DNA from: an uncultured Rhizobium sp.
GTDB lineage: Bacteria > Pseudomonadota > Alphaproteobacteria > Rickettsiales > UBA1997
NCBI GenBank assembly: GCA_964537735.1
Contig: CAZICL010000006.1
Location: 64,989-128,988 of the forward strand
Length of the DNA: 64,000 nt
Direction of reading: 5' to 3'
The notes below the pieces were generated by a model. That model was not told the DNA's origin. It searched no databases and worked only from the letters and a program-made list of their open reading frames with translations. Made by a program: the position numbers and the translations under genes. Shown piece by piece: positions 27,990 to 37,119 of the stretch; position 1 is the first letter of the stretch; each line of letters opens with the position of its first letter.

Positions 27990-29924
27990 TTATTTATCTC
28001 CGTCCTTTTTTACTTCTTCATATTCAGCATCAACTACTTTTTCTGATGAAGAACCGGCTTCAGCTTGATCGTCAGATTGTGGTGCTGCACCAGCACCAGC
28101 AGCACCTGCTTGTGAAGCTTTATAAATCGCTTCGCCAAGTTTCATTGATGATTGCATCAAAGCCTCGGTAGCAGCTTTCAACTCTTCGGCTTTGCTATCT
28201 TCTTTGGCGGCAAGATCTTTAACTTTTTGCAACTGGGCTTCAATCTCTGATTTAGTAGCACCATCAACTTTGTCGCCATGTTCTTTTAAAGATTTTTCAG
28301 TTTCATAAACTGCTCCGTCAGCCTGATTTTTTGCTTCGATAAATTCCTTGCGGGCCTTATCACTAGCAGCATTGGCTTCAGCATCTTGCATCATTTTCTG
28401 AATTTCAGCTTCGGATAAACCACCAGAAGATTGAATGCTGATTTGTTGCTCTTTGCCGGTGCCTTTATCTTTGGCAGAAACTTTAACCACGCCGTTAGCA
28501 TCAATATCGAAAATAACTTCGATTTGCGGCATGCCGCGTGGAGATGGTGCGATTCCTTCCAAGTTAAATTCGCCGAGCAACTTATTGTGAATGGCGATAT
28601 CGCGTTCGCCTTGGAAAACTTTGATGGTAACGGCAGTTTGATTGTCAGCTGCAGTTGAGAACACCTGGCTTTTATTAGTTGGGATGGTGGTGTTGCGATC
28701 AATCAAGCGGGTGAAAACACCGCCGGCAGTTTCAATACCAAGTGAAAGCGGAGTAACATCCAAAAGTAGAACATCCTTAACATCGCCTTGTAACACGGCG
28801 CCTTGAATGGCAGCGCCAATAGCCACCACTTCGTCAGGATTTACTGATTTATTTGGTTCTTTACCGAAAAGTTTTTTGACGGTTTCGATAACTTTTGGCA
28901 TACGGCTCATACCGCCAACCAAAATAACTTCATGAATGTCGGAAGCTTTCAAACCAGCATCTTTCAAAGCATTTTCGCATGGTGCAACAGTGCGTTGAAT
29001 CAAATCATCAACTAGCTGTTCTAACTTAGAGCGTGAAAGTTTTACATTTAAGTGCTTAGGGCCAGAGGCATCGGCGGTGATGTAAGGTAAGTTGATTTCA
29101 GTTTCCATCAAGCTTGAAAGCTCGATTTTAGCTTTTTCAGCGGCTTCTTTCAAACGCTGTAAAGCTAGTGGATCTTTGCTTAAATCAATGCCCTGCTCTT
29201 TCTTAAACTCAGAAGTCAGGTGCTCTAAAATGCGCATATCAAAATCTTCACCACCCAAGAAAGTGTCGCCATTGGTGGCTTTAACTTCAAAAACACCATC
29301 ACCGATTTCAAGAACTGACACGTCGAAAGTACCACCGCCAAGGTCATAAACGGCGATAGTTTGACCACCTTTTTTCTCAAAGCCGTAAGCAAGTGCAGCG
29401 GCAGTTGGTTCGTTAATGATGCGTAAAACATCCAGACCGGCGATTTTTCCGGCATCTTTAGTGGCTTGGCGTTGAGAGTCGTTGAAGTAGGCTGGAACTG
29501 TGATCACTGCTTTTTCAACTTTTTCTCCCAAATAACTTTCAGCGGTTTCTTTCATTTTCATCAAAGTGAAAGCTGAGATTTGGCTTGGCGAGTATTTTTC
29601 GCCTTTAACTTCAACCCAGGCATCGCCATTGTTGGAAGGTACGATTTTGTAAGGCACAAGCTTACGATCTTTTTCAGTCGTTGGATCATTATCACGACGA
29701 CCGATCAAGCGTTTGATCCCGAAAATAGTGTTTTGTGGATTAGTGACAGCTTGGCGTTTTGCTGGCGCGCCGACTGTTCTTTCGCCATTGGCTAGAAATC
29801 CGATAATCGAAGGAGTGGTTCTAACACCTTCAGAATTTTCAATAACTTTAATATTTTTACCTTCCATGATGGCCACGCAAGAGTTGGTGGTTCCAAGGTC
29901 AATACCGATTACTTTGTTAGACAT
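27990..29924 (-). CDS. dnaK: molecular chaperone DnaK (Hsp70); no dnaJ or grpE adjacent
   Basis: 644 aa with the motifs [22 protein letters not shown] and [11 protein letters not shown]. Confidence 0.98.
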   Translation of the reverse strand: MSNKVIGIDLGTTNSCVAIMEGKNIKVIENSEGVRTTPSIIGFLANGERTVGAPAKRQAVTNPQNTIFGIKRLIGRRDNDPTTEKDRKLVPYKIVPSNNGDAWVEVKGEKYSPSQISAFTLMKMKETAESYLGEKVEKAVITVPAYFNDSQRQATKDAGKIAGLDVLRIINEPTAAALAYGFEKKGGQTIAVYDLGGGTFDVSVLEIGDGVFEVKATNGDTFLGGEDFDMRILEHLTSEFKKEQGIDLSKDPLALQRLKEAAEKAKIELSSLMETEINLPYITADASGPKHLNVKLSRSKLEQLVDDLIQRTVAPCENALKDAGLKASDIHEVILVGGMSRMPKVIETVKKLFGKEPNKSVNPDEVVAIGAAIQGAVLQGDVKDVLLLDVTPLSLGIETAGGVFTRLIDRNTTIPTNKSQVFSTAADNQTAVTIKVFQGERDIAIHNKLLGEFNLEGIAPSPRGMPQIEVIFDIDANGVVKVSAKDKGTGKEQQISIQSSGGLSEAEIQKMMQDAEANAASDKARKEFIEAKNQADGAVYETEKSLKEHGDKVDGATKSEIEAQLQKVKDLAAKEDSKAEELKAATEALMQSSMKLGEAIYKASQAGAAGAGAAPQSDDQAEAGSSSEKVVDAEYEEVKKDGDK

Positions 29925-30100
29925 AAAATATGAGATTTGATGATTATTTGAGTTATGTACCAGTGTTTAGAATTTTTACGTGATACGAGTCGCGCCCCGC
30001 ATGGCGGGGATCCCCATATACCAAAGCAAACTTTGTTGAAGATTCTTAGCTTCGGTATATACAACGAATGTGGGCAACTATTTAAGGAGTTGTTTGGGGA

Positions 30101-30880
30101 TTACAAGGTGATGGCTGATAAATTTTCTTTAATGTCGTGAACCCTGATAAAATCAATCTTCTTGATCGCCAGATATTTTGAAATCACCAAAGTTTTCTGG
30201 GTGCGATCGCCGTTGATTTTAACTTCTTCCAAAAAGCTTTTTCTGGAATGTCCGATATAAATCGGCAGGCCAAGGATTTTGAATTGATCGATATTTTTTA
30301 AAATGCGGATTGATTGCAGTGCATCTTTACCAAAGCCGATACCTGGATCTAAAATCAGCTGTGATTTTTTGACGCCTTTTTTTTCCAACTCGCTGAGTTT
30401 TTTCTCAAACCAGCTTAGCATTTCGCCGATCAAGTTGATGTGAGGATTGATCAAACTGTCAGGCACTGCGGGAATTTTTTCATTATGCATCAAAATAGTT
30501 TCAGCGTTCTTAGCAGCGATAAATTCCACTATTTTTTCATCCAGCAATCCGTTTACGTCATTGACAATATCAACTCCCAGCTCATGAGACCTTTTGATGG
30601 TAGAAAAATGGTAGGAATCAATACTGGTTTTGATGGGGCGCGGTGCTTTTTTTACTAAAGCAACAATCTCCGGTAAGATTTTTTCCAGGCGAGACCATTC
30701 TTCTTCAGCACTGATTTTTATCGCTGTAGGACGTGTTGATTCGGCACCGATATCGATGATGTCAGCACCAGCATCAATCATCTTTTGTGTTTGAAGCAAG
30801 GCCGATTCTAACGAGTTAAACTTGCCCCCATCGGAAAATGAATCAGGAGTAAGATTTAGAATCCCGACGATTTTGGTCAT
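30101..30880 (-). CDS. folP: dihydropteroate synthase
   Basis: The pterin-binding domain is present: GILNLTPDSFSDGG, DIIDIGAESTRP and DPGIGFGK. The ATG at 30880 is preferred over the TTG at 30958. Confidence 0.9.
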   Translation of the reverse strand: MTKIVGILNLTPDSFSDGGKFNSLESALLQTQKMIDAGADIIDIGAESTRPTAIKISAEEEWSRLEKILPEIVALVKKAPRPIKTSIDSYHFSTIKRSHELGVDIVNDVNGLLDEKIVEFIAAKNAETILMHNEKIPAVPDSLINPHINLIGEMLSWFEKKLSELEKKGVKKSQLILDPGIGFGKDALQSIRILKNIDQFKILGLPIYIGHSRKSFLEEVKINGDRTQKTLVISKYLAIKKIDFIRVHDIKENLSAITL

Positions 30881-30969
30881 TAGAATTTTTGTAAAAGATT
30901 TAAAAAAATAAGGATATTTCTTGTCACATATTCTTAACTCACGAAAATTTTTTACCAAAAATACACAAT

Positions 30970-31938
30970 ATGAATAAAGTAAAATCTTTCCTATTTTTGG
31001 TTCTCCTTGCCGAAATCATTTTTTTAAAGCCAAGTTTTGCTTTATCTTATAAGGCTCCGGAAATTTCTGGCATTAAAGAATGGATCAATTCTAAGTCGCT
31101 AAAAATTTCGCATCTTAAGGGCAAAGTAGTGTTGATTGATTTTTGGACTTACTCTTGCATCAACTGTTTGCGCACTTTGCCACACATAACTAAGTGGGAT
31201 CAGATGTATCGCGATAAAGGTTTGGTGATCATTGGTATTCACGCACCAGAATTTGCCTTTGAGAAGAATTTTGACAATGTCAAGAAAGCTGTGGGTCGCT
31301 ACAATATCAAATATCCGGTGGCTTTGGATAATGATTTAGTTACTTGGAGAAATTTCGATAATCACTATTGGCCGGCCCATTATTTGATTGATCAATCGGG
31401 CGATATTGTTGAAAGCCATTTTGGTGAAGGAAACTATGAAGAAACCGAAAATAAAATTCGTCAGTTGCTTGGAATCAAAGGTGATGCGGTGGCAGAGCAA
31501 GAAAAGCTTAACTTCAGCTTTGGTCAAACTGCAGAAACTTATTTGGGATATTCGCGGGCGCAGAATTTTTATAGTCCACAACAGCAAATCAACAAGCTGA
31601 TCACATATTCATTTCCTGATGATCTGCCACGACATGGTTGGGCTTTGAGCGGCAAATGGAAAATCGAAAAAGAACGTATTGTCGCGCAAGAAAAAAATGC
31701 CAAACTGCGTCTTCATTTTAAAAGTAAGAAAGTATTTTTAGTGATGGGAAATCAAGGTTCTCAGCCAATCACAGTGCAGGTGAAGTTAAATGGCAAAGAG
31801 CTTAAAAATAGCCCGCTGCAAGTTGACAAACATATGCTTTATGAGTTGCTAAGCCAAGATGATAATGAGGCTGGAATAGTTGAGATAGAGGCTGCTAACT
31901 TCGGACTTGAGGCTTATGCATTTACTTTTGGGGAGTGA
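30970..31938 (+). CDS. secreted thioredoxin-like protein (DipZ C-terminal-like: redoxin domain plus beta-rich C-terminal domain)
   Basis: 322 aa. It has a signal peptide, the motif FWTYSCINCLRTLP (CxxC) and the pattern YPVALDND...W..F...YWPA.YLID. Confidence 0.8.
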   Translation: MNKVKSFLFLVLLAEIIFLKPSFALSYKAPEISGIKEWINSKSLKISHLKGKVVLIDFWTYSCINCLRTLPHITKWDQMYRDKGLVIIGIHAPEFAFEKNFDNVKKAVGRYNIKYPVALDNDLVTWRNFDNHYWPAHYLIDQSGDIVESHFGEGNYEETENKIRQLLGIKGDAVAEQEKLNFSFGQTAETYLGYSRAQNFYSPQQQINKLITYSFPDDLPRHGWALSGKWKIEKERIVAQEKNAKLRLHFKSKKVFLVMGNQGSQPITVQVKLNGKELKNSPLQVDKHMLYELLSQDDNEAGIVEIEAANFGLEAYAFTFGE

Positions 31939-31960
31939 GATTTGTGGATTGGGGACAGAA

Positions 31961-31989
31961 TGCACCGAAAACGTGCGTTTGGGCACGTT
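31961..31989. repeat. palindromic repeat unit (tgcaccgaaaa-cgtgc...gcacg)
   Basis: It has the same 20-nt head as 32051-32070 and a stem aacgtgc/gcacgtt. Confidence 0.7.
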
Positions 31990-32050
31990 AGAGATTTTCA
32001 AGAGTTTGTTCCGGCGTTGCCTTTTTAGAATTGGGGCTCGAATTCAGTCC

Positions 32051-32080
32051 TGCACCGAAAACGTGCGTTTAGCACGTTTT
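32051..32080. terminator. palindromic repeat unit acting as a likely bidirectional terminator between the convergent dipZ-like gene and pstA
   Basis: The sequence aaaacgtgc-gttta-gcacgtttt forms a 9-bp stem with A/T runs on both sides. It abuts the pstA stop. Confidence 0.6.
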
Positions 32081-33313
32081 CTACCACTTTCTCTCGAATT
32101 TTTTGCGTAGGATGATGGCGACTAGATTGAATAAAATCAGGAAGCCAAGCAGAACCAAAATCGCAGCAGCAGTTTTTTCGGCGAAGCCTAGCTCAGGAGA
32201 ATCAGACCATAAATAAATCTGTACTGGCAGCACGGTTGTTGGTTCAACGAAGTTTTGTGGAATATCGGCGATAAAAGCCACCATACCAATCATCAATAAA
32301 GGTGCGGTTTCACCAAGAGCACGCGAGATTGCCAAAATAGTGCCGGTCATAATGCCGGGAATTGAGAGGGGCAGCAAATGATGCAGCGTGATTTGCACTT
32401 TTGACGCTCCAAGAGCGGCAGCGCCATCACGAATTGAGTCTGGAATGGTGCGAATGGTATTGCGGGTGGCAATGATAATCACCGGCAAAACTAGCATAAA
32501 TAAAGTCATACCGCCAACTAAACTGGAGGAGCGTGGCAAATAAAAGAACTGCAAATAAACGGTTAGGCCAAGCAAGCCGTAGATAATAGAAGGAATGGCG
32601 GCTAGGTTGTTAATACTGATCTCAATAATATCGGTGATTTTATTTTTGGCTGCGAACTCTTCCAAATAAAAGGCGCACATTACTCCAACCGGGAAAGCTA
32701 ATCCTAAAAATATTACCATCACTAAAAGTGATCCGGTCAAACCAGCGCCGATACCGGCAATCTCAGGCTCGCGCGAATCGGCAAATCTAAAAAAATTCCA
32801 GTTAAAAGATTTTTTAAGTTGGCTGTTGGCGATTAGTTTGTCGGTCCAAATTTTTTGTTTTTCGTTCAAATTTGCGGACGCAGGATGTTTGAAATAAATG
32901 TCGATTTTTGACGAGGCGGAGAGCCAAAAAATATTTTTTTTGCCGAGTAAGTCAGGATTGTTGGAGATTTGCTGTTCAAGTTCTAAAGCCGCAACTTTGC
33001 TGGTGATTTGATATAATGAGTTGATTTCGATGAGTGATTTGGCATCGGGGAATTGTTCTAACAGTGCCTTTTTGATTAAACGGCGATAGCTGATTTGTTC
33101 ATTTTCAGAATTTTGGGTAATGGACTGTGGCGATAAATCAATGTCGAGTGCCACTTTAGTTTGCCAAAAAGCACCACTGCTATTGCTTAAAATCATGCCA
33201 AACAAAGCAACTAAGAAAGATAGTGCAAAGCCGATGGCTAAGATGCCGAAAAAATGAAAACGAGCTTCTTTGCGATTACGTTTTTTAAGATTTTTAATTT
33301 CTAATTTTGCCAT
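32081..33313 (-). CDS. pstA: phosphate ABC transporter permease PstA
   Basis: 410 aa with the signature AAALGASK...LP...PGI.TG.ILAISRALGETAPLL. Confidence 0.92.
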   Translation of the reverse strand: MAKLEIKNLKKRNRKEARFHFFGILAIGFALSFLVALFGMILSNSSGAFWQTKVALDIDLSPQSITQNSENEQISYRRLIKKALLEQFPDAKSLIEINSLYQITSKVAALELEQQISNNPDLLGKKNIFWLSASSKIDIYFKHPASANLNEKQKIWTDKLIANSQLKKSFNWNFFRFADSREPEIAGIGAGLTGSLLVMVIFLGLAFPVGVMCAFYLEEFAAKNKITDIIEISINNLAAIPSIIYGLLGLTVYLQFFYLPRSSSLVGGMTLFMLVLPVIIIATRNTIRTIPDSIRDGAAALGASKVQITLHHLLPLSIPGIMTGTILAISRALGETAPLLMIGMVAFIADIPQNFVEPTTVLPVQIYLWSDSPELGFAEKTAAAILVLLGFLILFNLVAIILRKKFERKW

Positions 33314-33540
33314 TTTGTATTATGCAATTTTTGTGACGGGTTTGGAATAAAACTGATTATTTTATTCCTAAATTTTTATTAATAATGCGTCACTTCTTAA
33401 AAAGTGAATCATTGATCTTGTTGGTTAGAAACGGGTCTTTCTCCTAATTTTCTCCTAATTTTTCCCACTTAGGAAATTTGCTACTACCATAGTTTTTGAT
33501 AGATCTATCTTTGCTGGCCATTTCATACAAAATTGGTGAA

Positions 33541-34794
33541 TTACCCGTATTTTTTCTTGTAATTTTTGATCACAATCAAGGCTACAATATTGAAAATGAA
33601 GGTGAAGACGAAAAGAGTTAGGGCCAATGCGAAGGCGGCTAAAGTTTTCGGGCTGTTAAACTCTTGGTCGCCCACCAAGAGAGTGACGATTTGAGCGGTG
33701 GCAGTGGTGACGGAATCAAGTGGATTGAAAGTGAGTTTGGCAACAAGGCCGGCGGCCATTACTACGATCATAGTTTCGCCAATGGCGCGCGACACTGCCA
33801 AAATAACTGCGCCGACGATTGATGGTATCGCCGAAGGTAAAACCACCTTTTTAATCATCTCAGATTTGGTGCTGCCCATCGCTAAAGCACCGTCTTTTAA
33901 GGCTTGGGGTACGGCGTTAAGGGCATCATCGGTGAGTGATAAAACGAAAGGAATAATCATCACGCCCATAACAAAACCAGCGGCCAAAGCGCTTTCCGAT
34001 GCAATATTAAATCCGGCTAGAGCAAAAACTGTTTTGAAAAAAGGAGCGATGGTGATGACGGCAAAATAGCCGTAAACAACCGTGGGAACGCCGGCGAGGA
34101 TTTCTAAAATGGGTTTTAAATAATCGCGAACTTTGGCTTTGGCATAGAGACAAAGATAGATGGCGCCCATAATGCCAATGGGTACGGCGACGGTCATGGC
34201 GATTAAGGTGATCAGTAAAGTGCCTAAGAAAACCGGCACAATTCCAAAAGAGCTGGCGCCCACTGATTGTTCAGCGGTGATTGCCATTTGCGGGTTCCAC
34301 ACTGTGCCAAATAAGAAATCAAACGGCGCCACCATGTGAAAAAATTTTAGCGCTTCGAATAAAATGGAGATGGTGGTGACTGCGGTGATTAAAATTCCGA
34401 TGCCGGCAGTGATTGATAAAACCAGCTTAAACGAACCTTCAATGTGATTTTTGGAATTAAACTTTTTTTGATAAAGTCGGTAGGTGAGAAAAAAAAGTGC
34501 GGCGAGAAATATTATGATCAATATAGTTTTTGCCGCCAAACTTATGGAGGTGAAGGCCAATAAAATTGCGCCGATAACAGACCATAAAACAAAACAGTAA
34601 ATGTAATGAATGGGCAATGAACTGAAGCGTAATTTTTTCTGTGATTCCTGGCGCAGGCTTTTAATATTGCTTTTAAGCTTGATTGCCGACAGCAGGATCA
34701 GAACGATGGAAAGTAAGAGAAATTGCACAGTTAATGGATGTAATTTATGAGACTGTCGCAAATCAAACTTTTCGTCGAATTTTTCGCAATTCAA
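33541..34794 (-). CDS. pstC: phosphate ABC transporter permease PstC (start uncertain; the first ~15 codons lie in a MITE)
   Basis: It has the signature ALAMGSTKSEMI..VVLPSA.P...GA.ILA.SRAIGETM.V.M. The TTG at 34794 is inside the repeat element, and an alternative GTG lies at 34728. Confidence 0.88.
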   Translation of the reverse strand: MNCEKFDEKFDLRQSHKLHPLTVQFLLLSIVLILLSAIKLKSNIKSLRQESQKKLRFSSLPIHYIYCFVLWSVIGAILLAFTSISLAAKTILIIIFLAALFFLTYRLYQKKFNSKNHIEGSFKLVLSITAGIGILITAVTTISILFEALKFFHMVAPFDFLFGTVWNPQMAITAEQSVGASSFGIVPVFLGTLLITLIAMTVAVPIGIMGAIYLCLYAKAKVRDYLKPILEILAGVPTVVYGYFAVITIAPFFKTVFALAGFNIASESALAAGFVMGVMIIPFVLSLTDDALNAVPQALKDGALAMGSTKSEMIKKVVLPSAIPSIVGAVILAVSRAIGETMIVVMAAGLVAKLTFNPLDSVTTATAQIVTLLVGDQEFNSPKTLAAFALALTLFVFTFIFNIVALIVIKNYKKKYG

Positions 34795-34890
34795 ATTTTT
34801 TTGAAACGCACGTACATCTGGGTACGCTTACCTTTCAAAAAAATTTGAATCACAAAAACTTCTTAGAAAATTTTGATTTGCGACAGTCTC
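34749..34890. mobile_element. MITE-like nested palindromic element, copy A (142 bp)
   Basis: It has 14-bp terminal inverted repeats gagactgtcgcaaa/tttgcgacagtctc and an inner 17-bp inverted repeat ttcaaatttttttgaaa/tttcaaaaaaatttgaa. It is flanked by a perfect 5-bp direct repeat tttat (34744-34748 and 34891-34895). It carries a 28-bp internal duplication relative to copy B. Confidence 0.8.
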
Positions 34891-34961
34891 TTTATAGATT
34901 CTGCCGAGAAGTTCGAGCATTTTGCAAATCACGATTTTTAAATCAATTACGACTTACATTT

Positions 34962-35879
34962 ATGAATCCAGTTACCAGAAATTTTTTGCTGCTTTTGTTA
35001 TTGTCTGCGGCTTGGGGCCCGTCTTTTTTATTTATTAAAGTTGCAGTTCATGATGTGCCGCCAATCATGATTACCGCAGTTCGTATGGGTATTGCCAGTT
35101 TGATTCTTTACGCTGTTTTGAAGTTTTACCGCATCAAGTTACCAGCATTAAAACCGATATTAAAACACTTCACCGTCGCGGCTTTGTTGCAAGGCGCTAT
35201 TCCTTTCACACTTTTTGATATTGCTGAACGCACGGCAGATAGCGCCTTTGCTTCAATATTCAGAGGCATAACGCCCTTATTCACCATGGTTTTGGCTCAC
35301 TATTTTATTGTTGGCGATAGTTTCACCAAGAAAAAACTCTATGGCGGAATATTAGGATTTATCGGTTTGTTTGTCTTAATCATGCCGGCTTTATTAAATG
35401 CTAGAGCCGATATGCCGGCAATCATTTTGATGATTATGGCGGCCAGCTGTTTTTCAATCGCCTTTATTTATACCAAAAAATTCATTGATGTTCCCGCATA
35501 TTCGCCACTGGCAATATCAGCGATTCAGCTTTTTATTTCTTTTGTAGTATTAACTATCGCCTCACTGATTTTTGAAAATCCGTGGCATATTTCTCACATT
35601 TCCCAACATGCAGTAATCTCATTGATTAACCTTGGTATCATTTCTACCGCCTTGGCGTTTGTGGTTTATTACAAACTGCTTGCAACAGCAAATGTCACTT
35701 ACATCGCCATGGCCAATTATATTGTGCCGGTTTTTGGTGTGATGTTGGGTATATTATTTTTACACGAAAAATTGGCGTGGAACTCTTATTTGGGAGGAGG
35801 CCTGATTTTGATTGGTGTTATGACCACTAACGGCCTTTTGAGTTTCTCTAAGTTAAAAGCAAAAATAACAGCAAAATAA
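34962..35879 (+). CDS. EamA/DMT family transporter
   Basis: It has ten hydrophobic segments and the duplicated EamA pattern (AAWGPSFLFIK...). The ATG at 34962 is used, because the longer track ORF reads through the MITE and into pstC antisense. Confidence 0.8.
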   Translation: MNPVTRNFLLLLLLSAAWGPSFLFIKVAVHDVPPIMITAVRMGIASLILYAVLKFYRIKLPALKPILKHFTVAALLQGAIPFTLFDIAERTADSAFASIFRGITPLFTMVLAHYFIVGDSFTKKKLYGGILGFIGLFVLIMPALLNARADMPAIILMIMAASCFSIAFIYTKKFIDVPAYSPLAISAIQLFISFVVLTIASLIFENPWHISHISQHAVISLINLGIISTALAFVVYYKLLATANVTYIAMANYIVPVFGVMLGILFLHEKLAWNSYLGGGLILIGVMTTNGLLSFSKLKAKITAK

Positions 35880-36634
35880 TGGCAAAGATCAGGCTTTTTT
35901 TAGCTCAAGAAAAATTGGTTTTAGGCTTAGAAGTCAAAATTCTTGGCGCTGATTTTGAATATTTAACTAAAGTCATGCGCCAAAAAATTGGCAATGAAAT
36001 CATGTTGTTTGACGGTGTTAACGGTGAGTTTGTGGCCGAAATCAGCGCCATCGAAAAAAAGTTTATCGCAGCAAGAATCATTAAAAAAATTTCTGATTTA
36101 AAAAAGGTTCCTGACATCACTTTGGCTTTTGCTTTGGTTAAAAATGTGCGAGTTGATTTTATTGCGGCAAAAGCTAGCGAACTTGGAGTGGCAAAGTTTC
36201 AACCTCTTACAACTCAGCATAGTGTGGTTGATAAAATCAATCTTGAGCGTTTCGCGGCGAATGTAAAAGAAGCCTGTGAACAGTGCGAACGCAACGATTT
36301 TCCACAGATTTGTGATGTAAAAAAGTTGGACAAATTTTTAAACGAAGAAGCTGCTGCAGAAAAAATATTTATTCTTTGTGACGAGTCCGGACAAGGTGAA
36401 ATGGCAAGCATAATTCTTCCCAGGATCAACGTCGAACAACAAGAAATCGTAATTCTGATTGGGCCGGAAGGTGGTTTTTCAGTAGCAGAATTTGCTAAAA
36501 TGCGCCAGTTAAAAAATCTCCATGCTATTACTTTAGGCCCAAGAATATTACGCGCTGACACCGCCATGATTGCTGCTTTAACTTTAGTGCAGGAATTTTT
36601 GGGCGACTTCGATCTAAAACCCAAATTCAACTAA
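35879..36634 (+). CDS. rsmE: 16S rRNA (uracil1498-N3)-methyltransferase
   Basis: 251 aa with the RsmE motif ILIGPEGGFSVAEF and a C-terminal LGPRILRADTA. Confidence 0.9.
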   Translation: MAKIRLFLAQEKLVLGLEVKILGADFEYLTKVMRQKIGNEIMLFDGVNGEFVAEISAIEKKFIAARIIKKISDLKKVPDITLAFALVKNVRVDFIAAKASELGVAKFQPLTTQHSVVDKINLERFAANVKEACEQCERNDFPQICDVKKLDKFLNEEAAAEKIFILCDESGQGEMASIILPRINVEQQEIVILIGPEGGFSVAEFAKMRQLKNLHAITLGPRILRADTAMIAALTLVQEFLGDFDLKPKFN

Positions 36635-36637
36635 GTA

Positions 36638-37117
36638 ATGCGTCATTTTTTAATTTTTTTCACTGCCATTTTTATTTGTGCACAAGGTGTTAATGCTGCT
36701 GCGATAGAAGATAAAAAAGAGTTGGTGATTACAACTTTGGATGGTCAAAAATTCGATCTAAAAGATTTTCAGGGCAAAAATATCATTATCAATTTTTGGG
36801 CGGAATGGTGCATAAACTGTGTGCACGAAATGGCGATTTTGCAGGAGTTATATTTAGCCTATCCACGCACTGATCTTGAAATTATCGGTGTCAGCATTGA
36901 CCCCAAAAAATTCACCAAAAACGTTCGCAGCCGTACTGCTAAAGTCACTTACCCCAACGCCATGTTGATTGATGCTACAGCCAATAATTTTCTTGAAATC
37001 AGATCACTTCCCACCAGCTACGTAATCGACAAAAACGGCAAAGTTACAGTACTAAAAGGAGACCATCCCAAACAGGATTTTGAAGAGTTGTTGCGTTATG
37101 AGACTGTCGCAAACTAA
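36638..37117 (+). CDS. TlpA/ResA-like periplasmic thiol:disulfide oxidoreductase
   Basis: 159 aa with a signal peptide, NFWAEWCINCVHEMP-like CxxC and the redoxin fold. The last 5 codons (ETVAN) are MITE-end sequence. Confidence 0.85.
   Translation: MRHFLIFFTAIFICAQGVNAAAIEDKKELVITTLDGQKFDLKDFQGKNIIINFWAEWCINCVHEMAILQELYLAYPRTDLEIIGVSIDPKKFTKNVRSRTAKVTYPNAMLIDATANNFLEIRSLPTSYVIDKNGKVTVLKGDHPKQDFEELLRYETVAN
37100..37113. repeat. solo MITE left-end fragment (gagactgtcgcaaa)
   Basis: A 14-nt exact match to the MITE terminal inverted repeat. It sits at the junction between the tlpA-like gene and the accessory islet. Confidence 0.55.
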
Positions 37118-37119
37118 GT

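Noticed and set aside
29990-30022. CCCCATAT (sigma-32 -10-like) box and GC hairpin ccccgc-atg-gcgggg upstream of dnaK
   Set aside because: The box is on the plus strand, while dnaK and folP are both on the minus strand, and no CTTGAA -35 element lies at the right spacing on either strand. I could not support a heat-shock promoter or a CIRCE element.
29955-30140. 61-aa plus-strand ORF between dnaK and folP
   Set aside because: It spans the intergenic hairpin and overlaps the folP 3' end. It has no motif and is probably spurious.
34683-34961. N-terminal extension of the EamA ORF (398-aa version in the track)
   Set aside because: The extension is read-through of the stop-free MITE and begins inside pstC antisense. 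The ATG at 34962 gives a normal 10-TM EamA protein.
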